The notes under the pieces are model-generated. The model was not told where the DNA came from, searched no databases, and was given only the letters and a program-made list of their open reading frames with translations. Shown here in pieces: positions 1 to 8,240 of a DNA stretch of 64,000 nucleotides (position 1 is its first letter; every line of letters starts with the position of its first letter). Both the position numbers and the translations under genes were made by a program. The stretch comes from a virus: IMG/VR virus record IMGVR_UViG_3300002835_000013, one strand, 5' to 3'.

Positions 1-101
1 TTTGATGCCACGCCAATTCTGGTTAGCGTCTCCTTCACCTTCAAAAAGGCTTGTGGGTCAGGAAGCCTTACTTCCACGAAGTCTTCTAGATTTGCTGTCA
101 T
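1..101 (-). CDS. regA: Translational repressor RegA, N-terminal part (runs off window; absent from ORF track)
   Basis: Manual translation MTANLEDFVEVRLPDPQAFLKVKETLTRIGVAS matches the T4 RegA motif FLKVKETLTR.G.A; canonical position after gene 62. Confidence 0.9.
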   Translation of the reverse strand, partial: MTANLEDFVEVRLPDPQAFLKVKETLTRIGVAS

Positions 102-474
102 TTAAGCCACCTTTATTGAGTTTCTTCTTTATAGTTTCAATCTGGGTAGCGTCTAGCAGAACCAAAGCCTCTTTTGCCTTTTCGTTGGAGTAGTTATAAT
201 ACTCCTTCACAGCTTCCAGGTTTTCAATGGTTTCACGCTTCTCCCATTTACGAAAAGGGCGCTTATACCCTCTAATGCTATTTAGCAAAAACTGATATTG
301 CATGTTAGCAGGAAGACTTGGATACTGGTTCATTTCGTTGGCTTGTAAAACGCAATCGTAGTGAAACGAGATTGCCCGGTTCACTACGAAAGCAGAATAG
401 TCCTTGTCATTCTCAAGGACATGATTTTTGGTATAGAGAATAGATGGTATAATGTCCTTGAATAGATCGCTCAT
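58..474 (-). CDS. 62: Clamp loader small subunit gp62
   Basis: NRAISFHYD...ANEMN, KEYYNYSNEKAKEAL motifs; follows gene 44. Confidence 0.9.
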   Translation of the reverse strand: MSDLFKDIIPSILYTKNHVLENDKDYSAFVVNRAISFHYDCVLQANEMNQYPSLPANMQYQFLLNSIRGYKRPFRKWEKRETIENLEAVKEYYNYSNEKAKEALVLLDATQIETIKKKLNKGGLNDSKSRRLRGSKAS

Positions 475-1409
475 TTTACCTCACACTCAATCATGATTTC
501 AGTTAGACAAGCAACCAGATTTAGTTCTTGGTCAGCAACAAACGCTGCCTGATACTGATACTTTGCCAGTGTAACAACAGCGGCAGGTATTGTTTCTGGC
601 TTTAGATACTCATACAGGTTATCATACACGGAACGATAAATGCGTGATGGATCAATGTCAGAGTTTAGCACAACCCACTTACGCATAGCGGTAAAGTCTT
701 TACCCTTTAGTGCTTTGATTAGATCGTCAAGGCTGCGAACGCTGTCAAGTTGAGCAGCAAGACCAGCATCAATGCTTCCAGAAACAGAATACCGTTGTAG
801 TTCATTGAGAGTCCTACGATAGTCTGGAAAATACTTTTCAACAACCTTGACAAGGACTTGCTTATCATATTCAACACCTTCATCATTTAGGATTTGCTGT
901 AGCCGCTTGAACATCTTCGAGGCCATGGAAGGTCTCTCGGTATTCTTCAAGGTAAAGTCAACGACGGAACATCTAGAATGAATAGCGTCTTTGATCTTTG
1001 CCTTGAAGTTACATGTGAAAATGAAAGAACAGTTGGACGAAAACTTTTCAATAACGCCTCTAAGAGCATCTTGCGTATCTGGTGTAAGACCGTCGGCTTC
1101 GTCTAGAATGATAACCTTACGACCACCAGTTAGCGATACGGTTGACGCATAACCCACAACCTTAGTTCTTAGAACATCGATACCTCTTTCTTCTGAGGAG
1201 TTGATGAAAAGATAGTTACAACCGATTTCATCACACATTGCCATAGCGGCTGTAGTTTTACCACAGCCAGCAGGACCTGATAGGAGAAGATTTGGAATCT
1301 CTCCGTCTTTTACATACTGTAGAAACGTTTTCTTGATGCGGTCAGGAAGAACGCAATCCTCAACTTTGTGAGGACGATACTTCTCAACCCATAGAAATTC
1401 TTCACTCAT
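471..1409 (-). CDS. 44: Clamp loader AAA+ subunit gp44
   Basis: LWVEKYRP, Walker A GPAGCGKT, ILDEAD, SRC motif. Confidence 0.97.
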   Translation of the reverse strand: MSEEFLWVEKYRPHKVEDCVLPDRIKKTFLQYVKDGEIPNLLLSGPAGCGKTTAAMAMCDEIGCNYLFINSSEERGIDVLRTKVVGYASTVSLTGGRKVIILDEADGLTPDTQDALRGVIEKFSSNCSFIFTCNFKAKIKDAIHSRCSVVDFTLKNTERPSMASKMFKRLQQILNDEGVEYDKQVLVKVVEKYFPDYRRTLNELQRYSVSGSIDAGLAAQLDSVRSLDDLIKALKGKDFTAMRKWVVLNSDIDPSRIYRSVYDNLYEYLKPETIPAAVVTLAKYQYQAAFVADQELNLVACLTEIMIECEVK

Positions 1410-1564
1410 TCATTGTCCTCATATCGCATAGCATTCATATACATTATAATAGAGATTAGAAGGAAAGGCAACCAATGATTGATATCGTTGTGATCAACAA
1501 TCCAAAAATACATTGCCAAGATAAAGTCTATTGCTCCCATAATCTCAAAGATTAGTGCCATCAT
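1406..1564 (-). CDS. Small hydrophobic protein, 52 aa (not in ORF track)
   Basis: MMALIFEIMGAIDFILAMYFWIVDHNDINHWLPFLLISIIMYMNAMRYEDNE; ATGA overlaps with both neighbours; two hydrophobic stretches. Confidence 0.6.
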   Translation of the reverse strand: MMALIFEIMGAIDFILAMYFWIVDHNDINHWLPFLLISIIMYMNAMRYEDNE

Positions 1565-1857
1565 GGTCCTGTCTTCCTCAAAACTTCATCATAGAAGGAT
1601 TCAAACTGATTGTTCTCTTCCACTTCATCATTGAAGTTGGCCTTGAAATATACCTTGGCGAGACGACGGATCATCTTCTTATCAACACCGAGTTTATCAA
1701 ATGTCTCGTTGATAATCTCCTTCTGGAGATCACGCTCGGCACCAACACGGGTCATGGAGTCATTCATCTCCATGATTGCCTTGCGAAGCACCTTCTTGTC
1801 TTCTGGAGAAAGAGCCTCAACAGAAGTAGTCGCACTATTATGACCGATCATACCCAT
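1561..1857 (-). CDS. dsbA: DsbA/GapR-like dsDNA-binding protein
   Basis: LGVDKKMIRRLAKVYFKANF..E...F...YDEV resembles T4 DsbA; N-terminal IGHNS as in GapR/DUF2312. Confidence 0.75.
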   Translation of the reverse strand: MGMIGHNSATTSVEALSPEDKKVLRKAIMEMNDSMTRVGAERDLQKEIINETFDKLGVDKKMIRRLAKVYFKANFNDEVEENNQFESFYDEVLRKTGP

Positions 1858-2015
1858 TAGTCCACCTCAATGATTGCCGAAGGATTTACACAATTGTTGG
1901 CGACAGGAACACCGCCAGCATCAAGACATTTCTTATTCCACTTTGTATCCATGATGATTAGATAGACCATCAAAATCGTCACTAGAGCCATAGGAACAAA
2001 AAAGAAACACTTCAT
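1857..2015 (-). CDS. Small membrane-anchored protein, 52 aa (paralog B)
   Basis: Start moved to ATG 2015 (TAATG overlap, GGAG SD); TM segment followed by CxDAGGVxVxxxCxNPSAI. Confidence 0.7.
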   Translation of the reverse strand: MKCFFFVPMALVTILMVYLIIMDTKWNKKCLDAGGVPVANNCVNPSAIIEVD

Positions 2016-2173
2016 TACTTTGTCTCCACGATTGCCGAAGGATTGATACAAGTGGTTCCTACTAGAACGCCACCAGCATCTTTACATTCCTCTTCCACAA
2101 CGCCAGCTCCATAAAACAAAACGAATATGAATGTGACAACGACACCTGCCAAGAAGTATAGAAATGATTTCAT
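2015..2173 (-). CDS. Small membrane-anchored protein, 52 aa (paralog A; not in ORF track)
   Basis: MKSFLYFLAGVVVTFIFVLFYGAGVVEEECKDAGGVLVGTTCINPSAIVETK; TAATG coupling to gene 45. Confidence 0.75.
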   Translation of the reverse strand: MKSFLYFLAGVVVTFIFVLFYGAGVVEEECKDAGGVLVGTTCINPSAIVETK

Positions 2174-2826
2174 TACTTTGTCTCCAGTGCGATGAAATAC
2201 TTTAGATTACCATTAGCATTCACAAACTTAGCAAAAGCACCTGCCTGAATCTCAACATTGTAATCATCAGGAAGCAACTTTAGATTTTCGGTCTTGAATG
2301 TGGCTGTGAAGTCTGAACCAGCATAGTCGCCAATCTTCATAACACCATCGTTAGATGTGTCGTTTGCCTTCTCATGAATCTTGAGAAGCAAAGTGCCTTC
2401 CTTGCCGACAACAGAAAGATTAGGTAGATTGATCATGGTTGCTACCTTTAGAAGTTTCTGTGAAGTAGCACTTGGTAGAGAGAACTTTGTGGTGATATCC
2501 TTGAGAACAAGTTCCTTATCTGGAGGAGTGATAACAAGATTGGTAGAACAACCACGATAGAAAACTGATAGTTCACCATCATTTAGAACAACCAGATTAT
2601 CACCAAATGAGATATCAGGATTCTTTAGAGTGGTAACGATACCTAGAAACTGATTTAGATCATAGATGCCAAACTCCTGCGGAATGTTATCTTCTAGAAT
2701 CGCTTCCACAAGAATAGACTTTTCAGGTGAGATTGTTTTCTGAACTGTTCCTGCCTTTAGAACGACTCCGCTATTGATGGATGCGAAGTTCTTTAGAACG
2801 GAAAGGGTATTTTCACTTAGCTTCAT
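2173..2826 (-). CDS. 45: Sliding clamp gp45
   Basis: MKLSENTLSVLKNFASIN, FGIYDLNQFL, Y.IALE C-terminus. Confidence 0.97.
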   Translation of the reverse strand: MKLSENTLSVLKNFASINSGVVLKAGTVQKTISPEKSILVEAILEDNIPQEFGIYDLNQFLGIVTTLKNPDISFGDNLVVLNDGELSVFYRGCSTNLVITPPDKELVLKDITTKFSLPSATSQKLLKVATMINLPNLSVVGKEGTLLLKIHEKANDTSNDGVMKIGDYAGSDFTATFKTENLKLLPDDYNVEIQAGAFAKFVNANGNLKYFIALETK

Positions 2827-2838
2827 TATATGCTCCTG

Positions 2839-3432
2839 TTAGAGTGTATGCATCATTTTATATTCTTTTTCGAGACCTGTCAAGAGGTCTGAAACGCACA
2901 TTTTCAGTTCATCAATGTTCTTATCATTATGAATAGTCCTGTCCGGTTCATATGAGTTCCATGCTGTCTCTGAAATATGCATCGTGGAAAGTTGTTCAGG
3001 CGTAGGATCTTCTCCACGTTTGACACGAACAAGGACACCACCGGCACTCCGAACGAAATCAATTTCATTAGGAAAACGAACGTCGGATATAACCACGTCT
3101 TGATATCCAGCAATGCGTTTCTCTAATGCGGCAATCCAAATGTTATCCGCAATACCATGACGACATGCTTCGGTACCCATCTTCTGGAGAATGAGACGAG
3201 GAGTCACCTCATATCCAAACTTATGTGACCACCAAGGGTCAACCCTTTCACGAAATGCTCTTGATGCGTTTGAGTCTCCTTCTAGTAGACCACGAGGCCA
3301 TAGAAAGATAGATGCAACTGCATCCTTCAATGCGTCAGCAAAAGCAAACTGGTGATATCCATGGTGTCTCACAAGAATATCACCAACCGTGCCCTTGCCG
3401 GATCCAATGTACCCAACAAGACCTATGATCAT
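2839..3432 (-). CDS. Deoxynucleoside monophosphate kinase (T4 gp1-like)
   Basis: GYIGSGKGT P-loop, FADALKD, PRLILQKMGTE, ISDVRFPNE, HISE. Confidence 0.92.
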   Translation of the reverse strand: MIIGLVGYIGSGKGTVGDILVRHHGYHQFAFADALKDAVASIFLWPRGLLEGDSNASRAFRERVDPWWSHKFGYEVTPRLILQKMGTEACRHGIADNIWIAALEKRIAGYQDVVISDVRFPNEIDFVRSAGGVLVRVKRGEDPTPEQLSTMHISETAWNSYEPDRTIHNDKNIDELKMCVSDLLTGLEKEYKMMHTL

Positions 3433-4235
3433 CGTAGATTACCACTCAATGCTGCGACCGCTGGTAGATCACCTTGGAAGCCATATGTACCGACGTGGGT
3501 TGTCTTCATCCATGGACATAGCCAAACATGAAAGCCAATCTCACGGGCATACTGACAGAACATATAATCTTCCGAAAGATAACGATGTGACTTTGGATCA
3601 ATAACAGTATCAAAGAAAGCATGAATGTATCTTGAACCATCAAAGTTAGCCTGACCAACGTGATCTGGCTTATAATGAAGGTGTGGATATTCTTCCTGAA
3701 ACTTATCAAAAACTTCACGCTTGACCATCATGAAGCCTGTTCCAATCTCCATAACCTCAACAGGTTCCGTTACTCTAAAAGATGTTGTACCAGGAACCGG
3801 ATTGAAAACGAAATCGCCAGTAATCTGATCTAGATCACCTGGATTGAACTTCTCGTTATCAACATTACGCTTTACAGCATTCACAATGTTTGACCAGTTG
3901 ATTGACTTCTTTGGATATGGACCACCGATAATGTCACGGTCTAATGCCAATAGAGCAAGAATGTCCTGTGGATTATACTGAATATCGGAGTCGATGAATA
4001 GTAGGTGAGTGCAGCCTGATCTTAGAAACTCGTCAACCAGATAGTTTCTAGCACGGGTGATTAGCGACTCATTAAAGATAAAAGAAAAGCGGCACTCGAT
4101 GCCATACTGAATACATGTGGCTTGAAGGTCTAAACAAGCCTTAGCATAAAGTCCAAAACACTGACCGCCGTAACATGGGGTGGCAACGAATATTCTTTTC
4201 TTTCTTAGGTCTTCACTTGAAATTTTGATTTCCAT
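3429..4235 (-). CDS. GT-A fold glycosyltransferase-like protein
   Basis: ATPCYGG, ESLITRARN, LFIDSDI (DxD), GTGFM, LSEDY motifs; start set at 4235 after GGAG SD. Confidence 0.75.
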   Translation of the reverse strand: MEIKISSEDLRKKRIFVATPCYGGQCFGLYAKACLDLQATCIQYGIECRFSFIFNESLITRARNYLVDEFLRSGCTHLLFIDSDIQYNPQDILALLALDRDIIGGPYPKKSINWSNIVNAVKRNVDNEKFNPGDLDQITGDFVFNPVPGTTSFRVTEPVEVMEIGTGFMMVKREVFDKFQEEYPHLHYKPDHVGQANFDGSRYIHAFFDTVIDPKSHRYLSEDYMFCQYAREIGFHVWLCPWMKTTHVGTYGFQGDLPAVAALSGNLR

Positions 4236-4306
4236 ATTGTTCTCCATACACGAATAGCGCAGGAGCAACTAAGCCCCTACGCTATTATATAGTTTAGTTT
4301 TTCGTA

Positions 4307-4528
4307 TTAGCCAGCAAAGCGATAGAAAGCAGTGCGGCGACCGTCTACGTCACGATAGTTTGTATAGATTGTGTAATACTCACGAAGATCATAAACACGC
4401 TTGGAAACATTCTCACGAGGAACACGGGCTAGTGAAGCAACCTTATCGGCAGTAACACCAGCACCAGTGTTATACTTGCGAAGAACGTTCTCAATCTTCT
4501 CAATCTGAGACTTACGATTAGTAGCCAT
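4307..4528 (-). CDS. Small winged-helix DNA-binding protein
   Basis: GVTADKVASLARVPRENVSKRVYDLR is HTH-like, followed by a beta-wing; SD GGAGA before ATG 4528. Confidence 0.65.
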   Translation of the reverse strand: MATNRKSQIEKIENVLRKYNTGAGVTADKVASLARVPRENVSKRVYDLREYYTIYTNYRDVDGRRTAFYRFAG

Positions 4529-4553
4529 TATATATTTCTCCATTCAAAGTTTT

Positions 4554-4620
4554 TGATGCTGGTGGTCGTGAAAGGAAAGGACCCGTGTATAACCACCAGC
4601 ATCATTTTATTATACACGGG
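4554..4620 (-). ncRNA. Putative H-type pseudoknot RNA (leader or sRNA) with anti-RBS loop
   Basis: Interleaved perfect inverted repeats 4554-4566/4592-4604 (13 bp) and 4582-4592/4610-4620 (11 bp); TATAAT at 4626-4631 (-) just upstream. Confidence 0.6.
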
Positions 4621-4685
4621 CATTCATTATAGAGTCACAGCCATGCGACTCCGTTTTTGTCTATCTGTAAACCGTATTCATCTAT

Positions 4686-5909
4686 TCAGAAAGCAACTTC
4701 CTCACCAGTGATGGTTGCTTCCGGTTGCGGAACAGGTTGCGGATCAACGGTTTCATCGACTTTCTTATAGAGTTCCATAAACGCATTCTTAGTATCCACA
4801 TCAAAGCGGTTGAGACAAAGTTCTATAGCCTTCATACGGTTCTGATTAAAGATGGCAAATGCCTCGCAGATATGAACCAGACGGCGAGTGGAGATGATTT
4901 CAGACAAGGCACCTTCATAGAAGGACTTGCGAATAACATCTGCCCAAGTCACCAACTTCTCAACAAATTCGGCACTCTCGATACCAGAAGCACCAAGAAC
5001 ATTGTTGAGGATTTTGGTTTCAATCTTAGTCGAAGGATATTCCTGTTCCATCGTGATAGAGAAACGCTCAAGGAACGCTTCGTTCATAACGTTGGTGCCG
5101 ATAAAGCGACCATCGTCGGAACCCTTACCCTTGGTATTCGCCGTAGCAATAACGTTGAAACCATTTTCAGGATGGACAAGACGGTTAATCTTTTTGAGAT
5201 AAACAGACTTGCCTTCGAGAACAGGCTGGAGACACATTAGCTTATTGGAGCCAAGGTCAACTTCGTCCAGAAGAAGAATAGCACCACGCTGCATGGCAAC
5301 AATAACAGGACCATCCTGCCAGACAGTAGCACCATCGACAAGGCGGAAACCACCAATAAGATCATCTTCGTCGGTTTCAATAGTAATATTGACACGGACG
5401 CACTCACGCTTTTCAACGGCACAAACCTGTTCGACCATCATCGTCTTACCGTTACCAGAAAGACCAGTAACGTAAGCAGGATAAAACTTCTTAGACTTGA
5501 TGATAGAACGAACATCGCTAAAGTTACCGAACGGCACATAGCCATTCGCCTTTTCAGGCACTAGCGAAACCTCGGCAGAAGCAGAAGTGGAAGCCGCAGC
5601 CATAGCAATCGTAGAGGAAGGAGCCATAGCAACAACGGACTCAACAACAGGAATATCAGACTGGATCTTAGCAGTCTTACGAGGAGCAACCGTCTTTTCA
5701 GCAACGGGAGCAAGATTTACACCGTGATCGGTCAAAGCATAAACACCACGACCAACACGGAGAGAGGGATCTTTCACAAGCCAAGCAGGATAAATACCAT
5801 ACTTTTCGTGAATGGTCAAAATTTGCTGACGGGTGATTTCACGAATGGCACCAAACTCAAAGCGGACCTTGTCCAGAAACACAGAACGGTTATCGGTAGA
5901 TTTAGCCAT
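4686..5909 (-). CDS. CobS-like / MoxR-type AAA+ ATPase
   Basis: GLSGNGKT, LLLDEVD, TANTKGKGSDDGRFIGTNV.NEAFLERF, ISTRRL; typical T4-like phage family. Confidence 0.9.
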   Translation of the reverse strand: MAKSTDNRSVFLDKVRFEFGAIREITRQQILTIHEKYGIYPAWLVKDPSLRVGRGVYALTDHGVNLAPVAEKTVAPRKTAKIQSDIPVVESVVAMAPSSTIAMAAASTSASAEVSLVPEKANGYVPFGNFSDVRSIIKSKKFYPAYVTGLSGNGKTMMVEQVCAVEKRECVRVNITIETDEDDLIGGFRLVDGATVWQDGPVIVAMQRGAILLLDEVDLGSNKLMCLQPVLEGKSVYLKKINRLVHPENGFNVIATANTKGKGSDDGRFIGTNVMNEAFLERFSITMEQEYPSTKIETKILNNVLGASGIESAEFVEKLVTWADVIRKSFYEGALSEIISTRRLVHICEAFAIFNQNRMKAIELCLNRFDVDTKNAFMELYKKVDETVDPQPVPQPEATITGEEVAF

Positions 5910-5946
5910 ATCGAAACTTTCCTTTCACGATTTTCGATTATGATGT

Positions 5947-5975
5947 ATTATACCACAAGGAAGGGATCTTGTCAA
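5947..5975 (-). promoter_or_regulatory. Sigma70-type early promoter for the cobS-like gene
   Basis: TTGACA-N17-TATAAT perfect consensus. Confidence 0.85.
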
Positions 5976-5996
5976 CCCCTTCCTAAGTCTTTGATT

Positions 5997-8216
5997 TTAC
6001 GCAATCTTCTTGGACTGTTGCGTAACGTTATTGATGAACTGACGCAGAAGGACACGATTGATGGACTTTTTAGCGGCAAACTTGGAGAATGCCTTGGCCA
6101 TGGATTTCGTGGACTTTGTATTGTCGATTTCCAATTCGTTCTCCGTTTCACGAAGAACATTGGAATTGATCACATAATATTCATCATAACCTTCATTCTT
6201 GACTGGATAGAACTTGTTTTCTTTCCAGAACTTGACAACCTTTTCGACGTAGTGATAGTTGGTACCATCATTCATACCAAAGCGAGACAAGAACCGTTTG
6301 ATGTTGGAATCAGACAGAAAGAAACCAATCAGATTACAATCAGTCTGATCCTTTAGCATCTTTAGAAACTTGTTAGTGGTGTTTGCACCATCACCCCAAC
6401 CGTAAAGGCTGATATCGTAAGTCTTACCAGAAGACTTATCAACATACTTATACATAACCTTACGACCAGGTTGAACACCGGTACAATTTTTGATACCACC
6501 AAGACCGTTTGACTCACCATCGGTAAGGAAAATAGTGTTGACGATTTCCAACTTATGTTTGGCACGGAAGTCGTTGATAATCTTAGGAGCAAGAATAACT
6601 GCCTCATTGAGAGGCGTGCCACCGAGACCATCAGTATAAAGACGACTATGACCACCAACCATAGAAAGAAACGTCATAGCCTCGTTTAGTTCCGCAAGAG
6701 TCATCTTGGAAGATAGAAACTGGCGAAGCACCACGTTACCAAGACCAATAACATTCTCTTTACCAAGATAAGAGAATGGATTTTCAGCACCAGAATCCTT
6801 GAAGGCATACACCTCGAACGGCACTTGGATCTGCTTACAAAACAGAACCAGAGTAAACAACTGCCGAAGAGTATACTTCAGGTTTCTATCCATAGAACCA
6901 GACCAATCAAGAAACATGATAAAGCCATGGTTCTTGCCTTCCGGCACTGTAGTCAACCGACGGAAGATATCATCATTGAACTTGTAAGAGTGGAGTTTAT
7001 TAGTGTCAATAACACCAGTCTTAGCCACAGAAATGCGAGAATACATTTCCGCAGCCTTGCGCTGCTCAAACTCTTTTACAAGAAACGAAATGCTATCTTT
7101 TTCTTTTTGACGCCACTGGTTGAAAGCGGCACGACCTTCTTCAAAGGTCTTCTTAGAAAAGTGTCCGTAGTAACCAGCGCCAACCAGACGACGCCAATCA
7201 CTAAGAACTCGCTTATAATCGTGAATAGCCTTGTCCCAGTTTACATCAGGAAGGGTGACATAGACATAATCGGTATTATCGTCTTTGACTAGTTCCTGAA
7301 CTTTTTCTTCCCAAACACGGTCAGTATAAGACTCGGGAGCCTTGATTTCATCGGAACTGGCACCAGCACCATCAGAGGTATTACCAGAACCATTATCACC
7401 GATATCACCTTCGCCCTTTACAGCGTCGGATTTACCTTCACCTTCGTCACCTTCACCGTCTTCGGCATCTTCTTCGGAATCATCACCATCAAGGTCACCA
7501 TCCCAATCGTCAGCATCATCGGAAAAATCGTCAATGTCATAGGAGTCTCCTTTGTCTCCATCTTCGCTTTCGCCAAGACCGAGGTCGTTATGAATATCGT
7601 TTTCAATCTTATCTTTACAAAAACGATACACCTTCTCGGCAACTTCCACAACCTCTGCGAAAGTTTCAATATTTTCAATCTGCTTTAGAAGCACTCGCTC
7701 TTCGGGAGTAAACTCAATATTGAGATTGATGTTACCACCCTTGAAGTAGACATTGACACGGTCGATAAAGTTCATAGAATTGATATCACGACCCTTCGTG
7801 CCGAAGAAGTCACGGTCAATAAGTTCTTTATAACCAGCGAGATAGTTACGACGAAGACCAGGATAACGGCGCTTCTGGCGCTTGTCAATACGGACATCTT
7901 CGATAACATTAACGAAGCCCTGGACGGTGCGCTTTAGCTGATCGCTAACTTCGGAACCGAATACACGATTAGCAATATCCTCATATGCCTTTTTATACTC
8001 TTCGCCTGAAGGCGTATCAATAGCATGAGCCGTTTCGTGACCGATAAGCAAATGCTCAAGATCCTGCGAAATATCATGCCACATAGGCAGCATAAGAACA
8101 CGGTTCTTGAGGTCGAACATAGCGGTTTTGATACCGCTCTTATGCTGAACAGTAATGTTCTCGGTCGCCAACAGCTTGGCAAGAAGCGAGTTGGAATTTA
8201 CGGTCATTGCGGTCAT
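5997..8216 (-). CDS. CobT-like protein: N-terminal HExxH metallopeptidase-like domain, acidic linker, VWA domain
   Basis: HETAH, NVIEDVRI, D/E-rich linker, MIDAS DWSGS, GGTPL, LTDGE. Confidence 0.85.
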   Translation of the reverse strand: MTAMTVNSNSLLAKLLATENITVQHKSGIKTAMFDLKNRVLMLPMWHDISQDLEHLLIGHETAHAIDTPSGEEYKKAYEDIANRVFGSEVSDQLKRTVQGFVNVIEDVRIDKRQKRRYPGLRRNYLAGYKELIDRDFFGTKGRDINSMNFIDRVNVYFKGGNINLNIEFTPEERVLLKQIENIETFAEVVEVAEKVYRFCKDKIENDIHNDLGLGESEDGDKGDSYDIDDFSDDADDWDGDLDGDDSEEDAEDGEGDEGEGKSDAVKGEGDIGDNGSGNTSDGAGASSDEIKAPESYTDRVWEEKVQELVKDDNTDYVYVTLPDVNWDKAIHDYKRVLSDWRRLVGAGYYGHFSKKTFEEGRAAFNQWRQKEKDSISFLVKEFEQRKAAEMYSRISVAKTGVIDTNKLHSYKFNDDIFRRLTTVPEGKNHGFIMFLDWSGSMDRNLKYTLRQLFTLVLFCKQIQVPFEVYAFKDSGAENPFSYLGKENVIGLGNVVLRQFLSSKMTLAELNEAMTFLSMVGGHSRLYTDGLGGTPLNEAVILAPKIINDFRAKHKLEIVNTIFLTDGESNGLGGIKNCTGVQPGRKVMYKYVDKSSGKTYDISLYGWGDGANTTNKFLKMLKDQTDCNLIGFFLSDSNIKRFLSRFGMNDGTNYHYVEKVVKFWKENKFYPVKNEGYDEYYVINSNVLRETENELEIDNTKSTKSMAKAFSKFAAKKSINRVLLRQFINNVTQQSKKIA

Positions 8217-8240
8217 AGTGTTCCTTTCACGATTTTCACA

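Noticed and set aside
4585-4632. Plus-strand 15-codon His-rich mini-ORF (GTG...; MYNHQHHFIIHGHSL) behind an AAAGGAAAGG SD-like run, resembling a his attenuator leader
   Set aside because: No + strand promoter or downstream gene; the sequence is explained by the stems and anti-RBS loop of the minus-strand structure
4686-8216. CobS/CobT as cobalamin-biosynthesis auxiliary genes
   Set aside because: No CobN or other cob genes in the window; the HExxH + VWA architecture fits a generic MoxR/VWA system better
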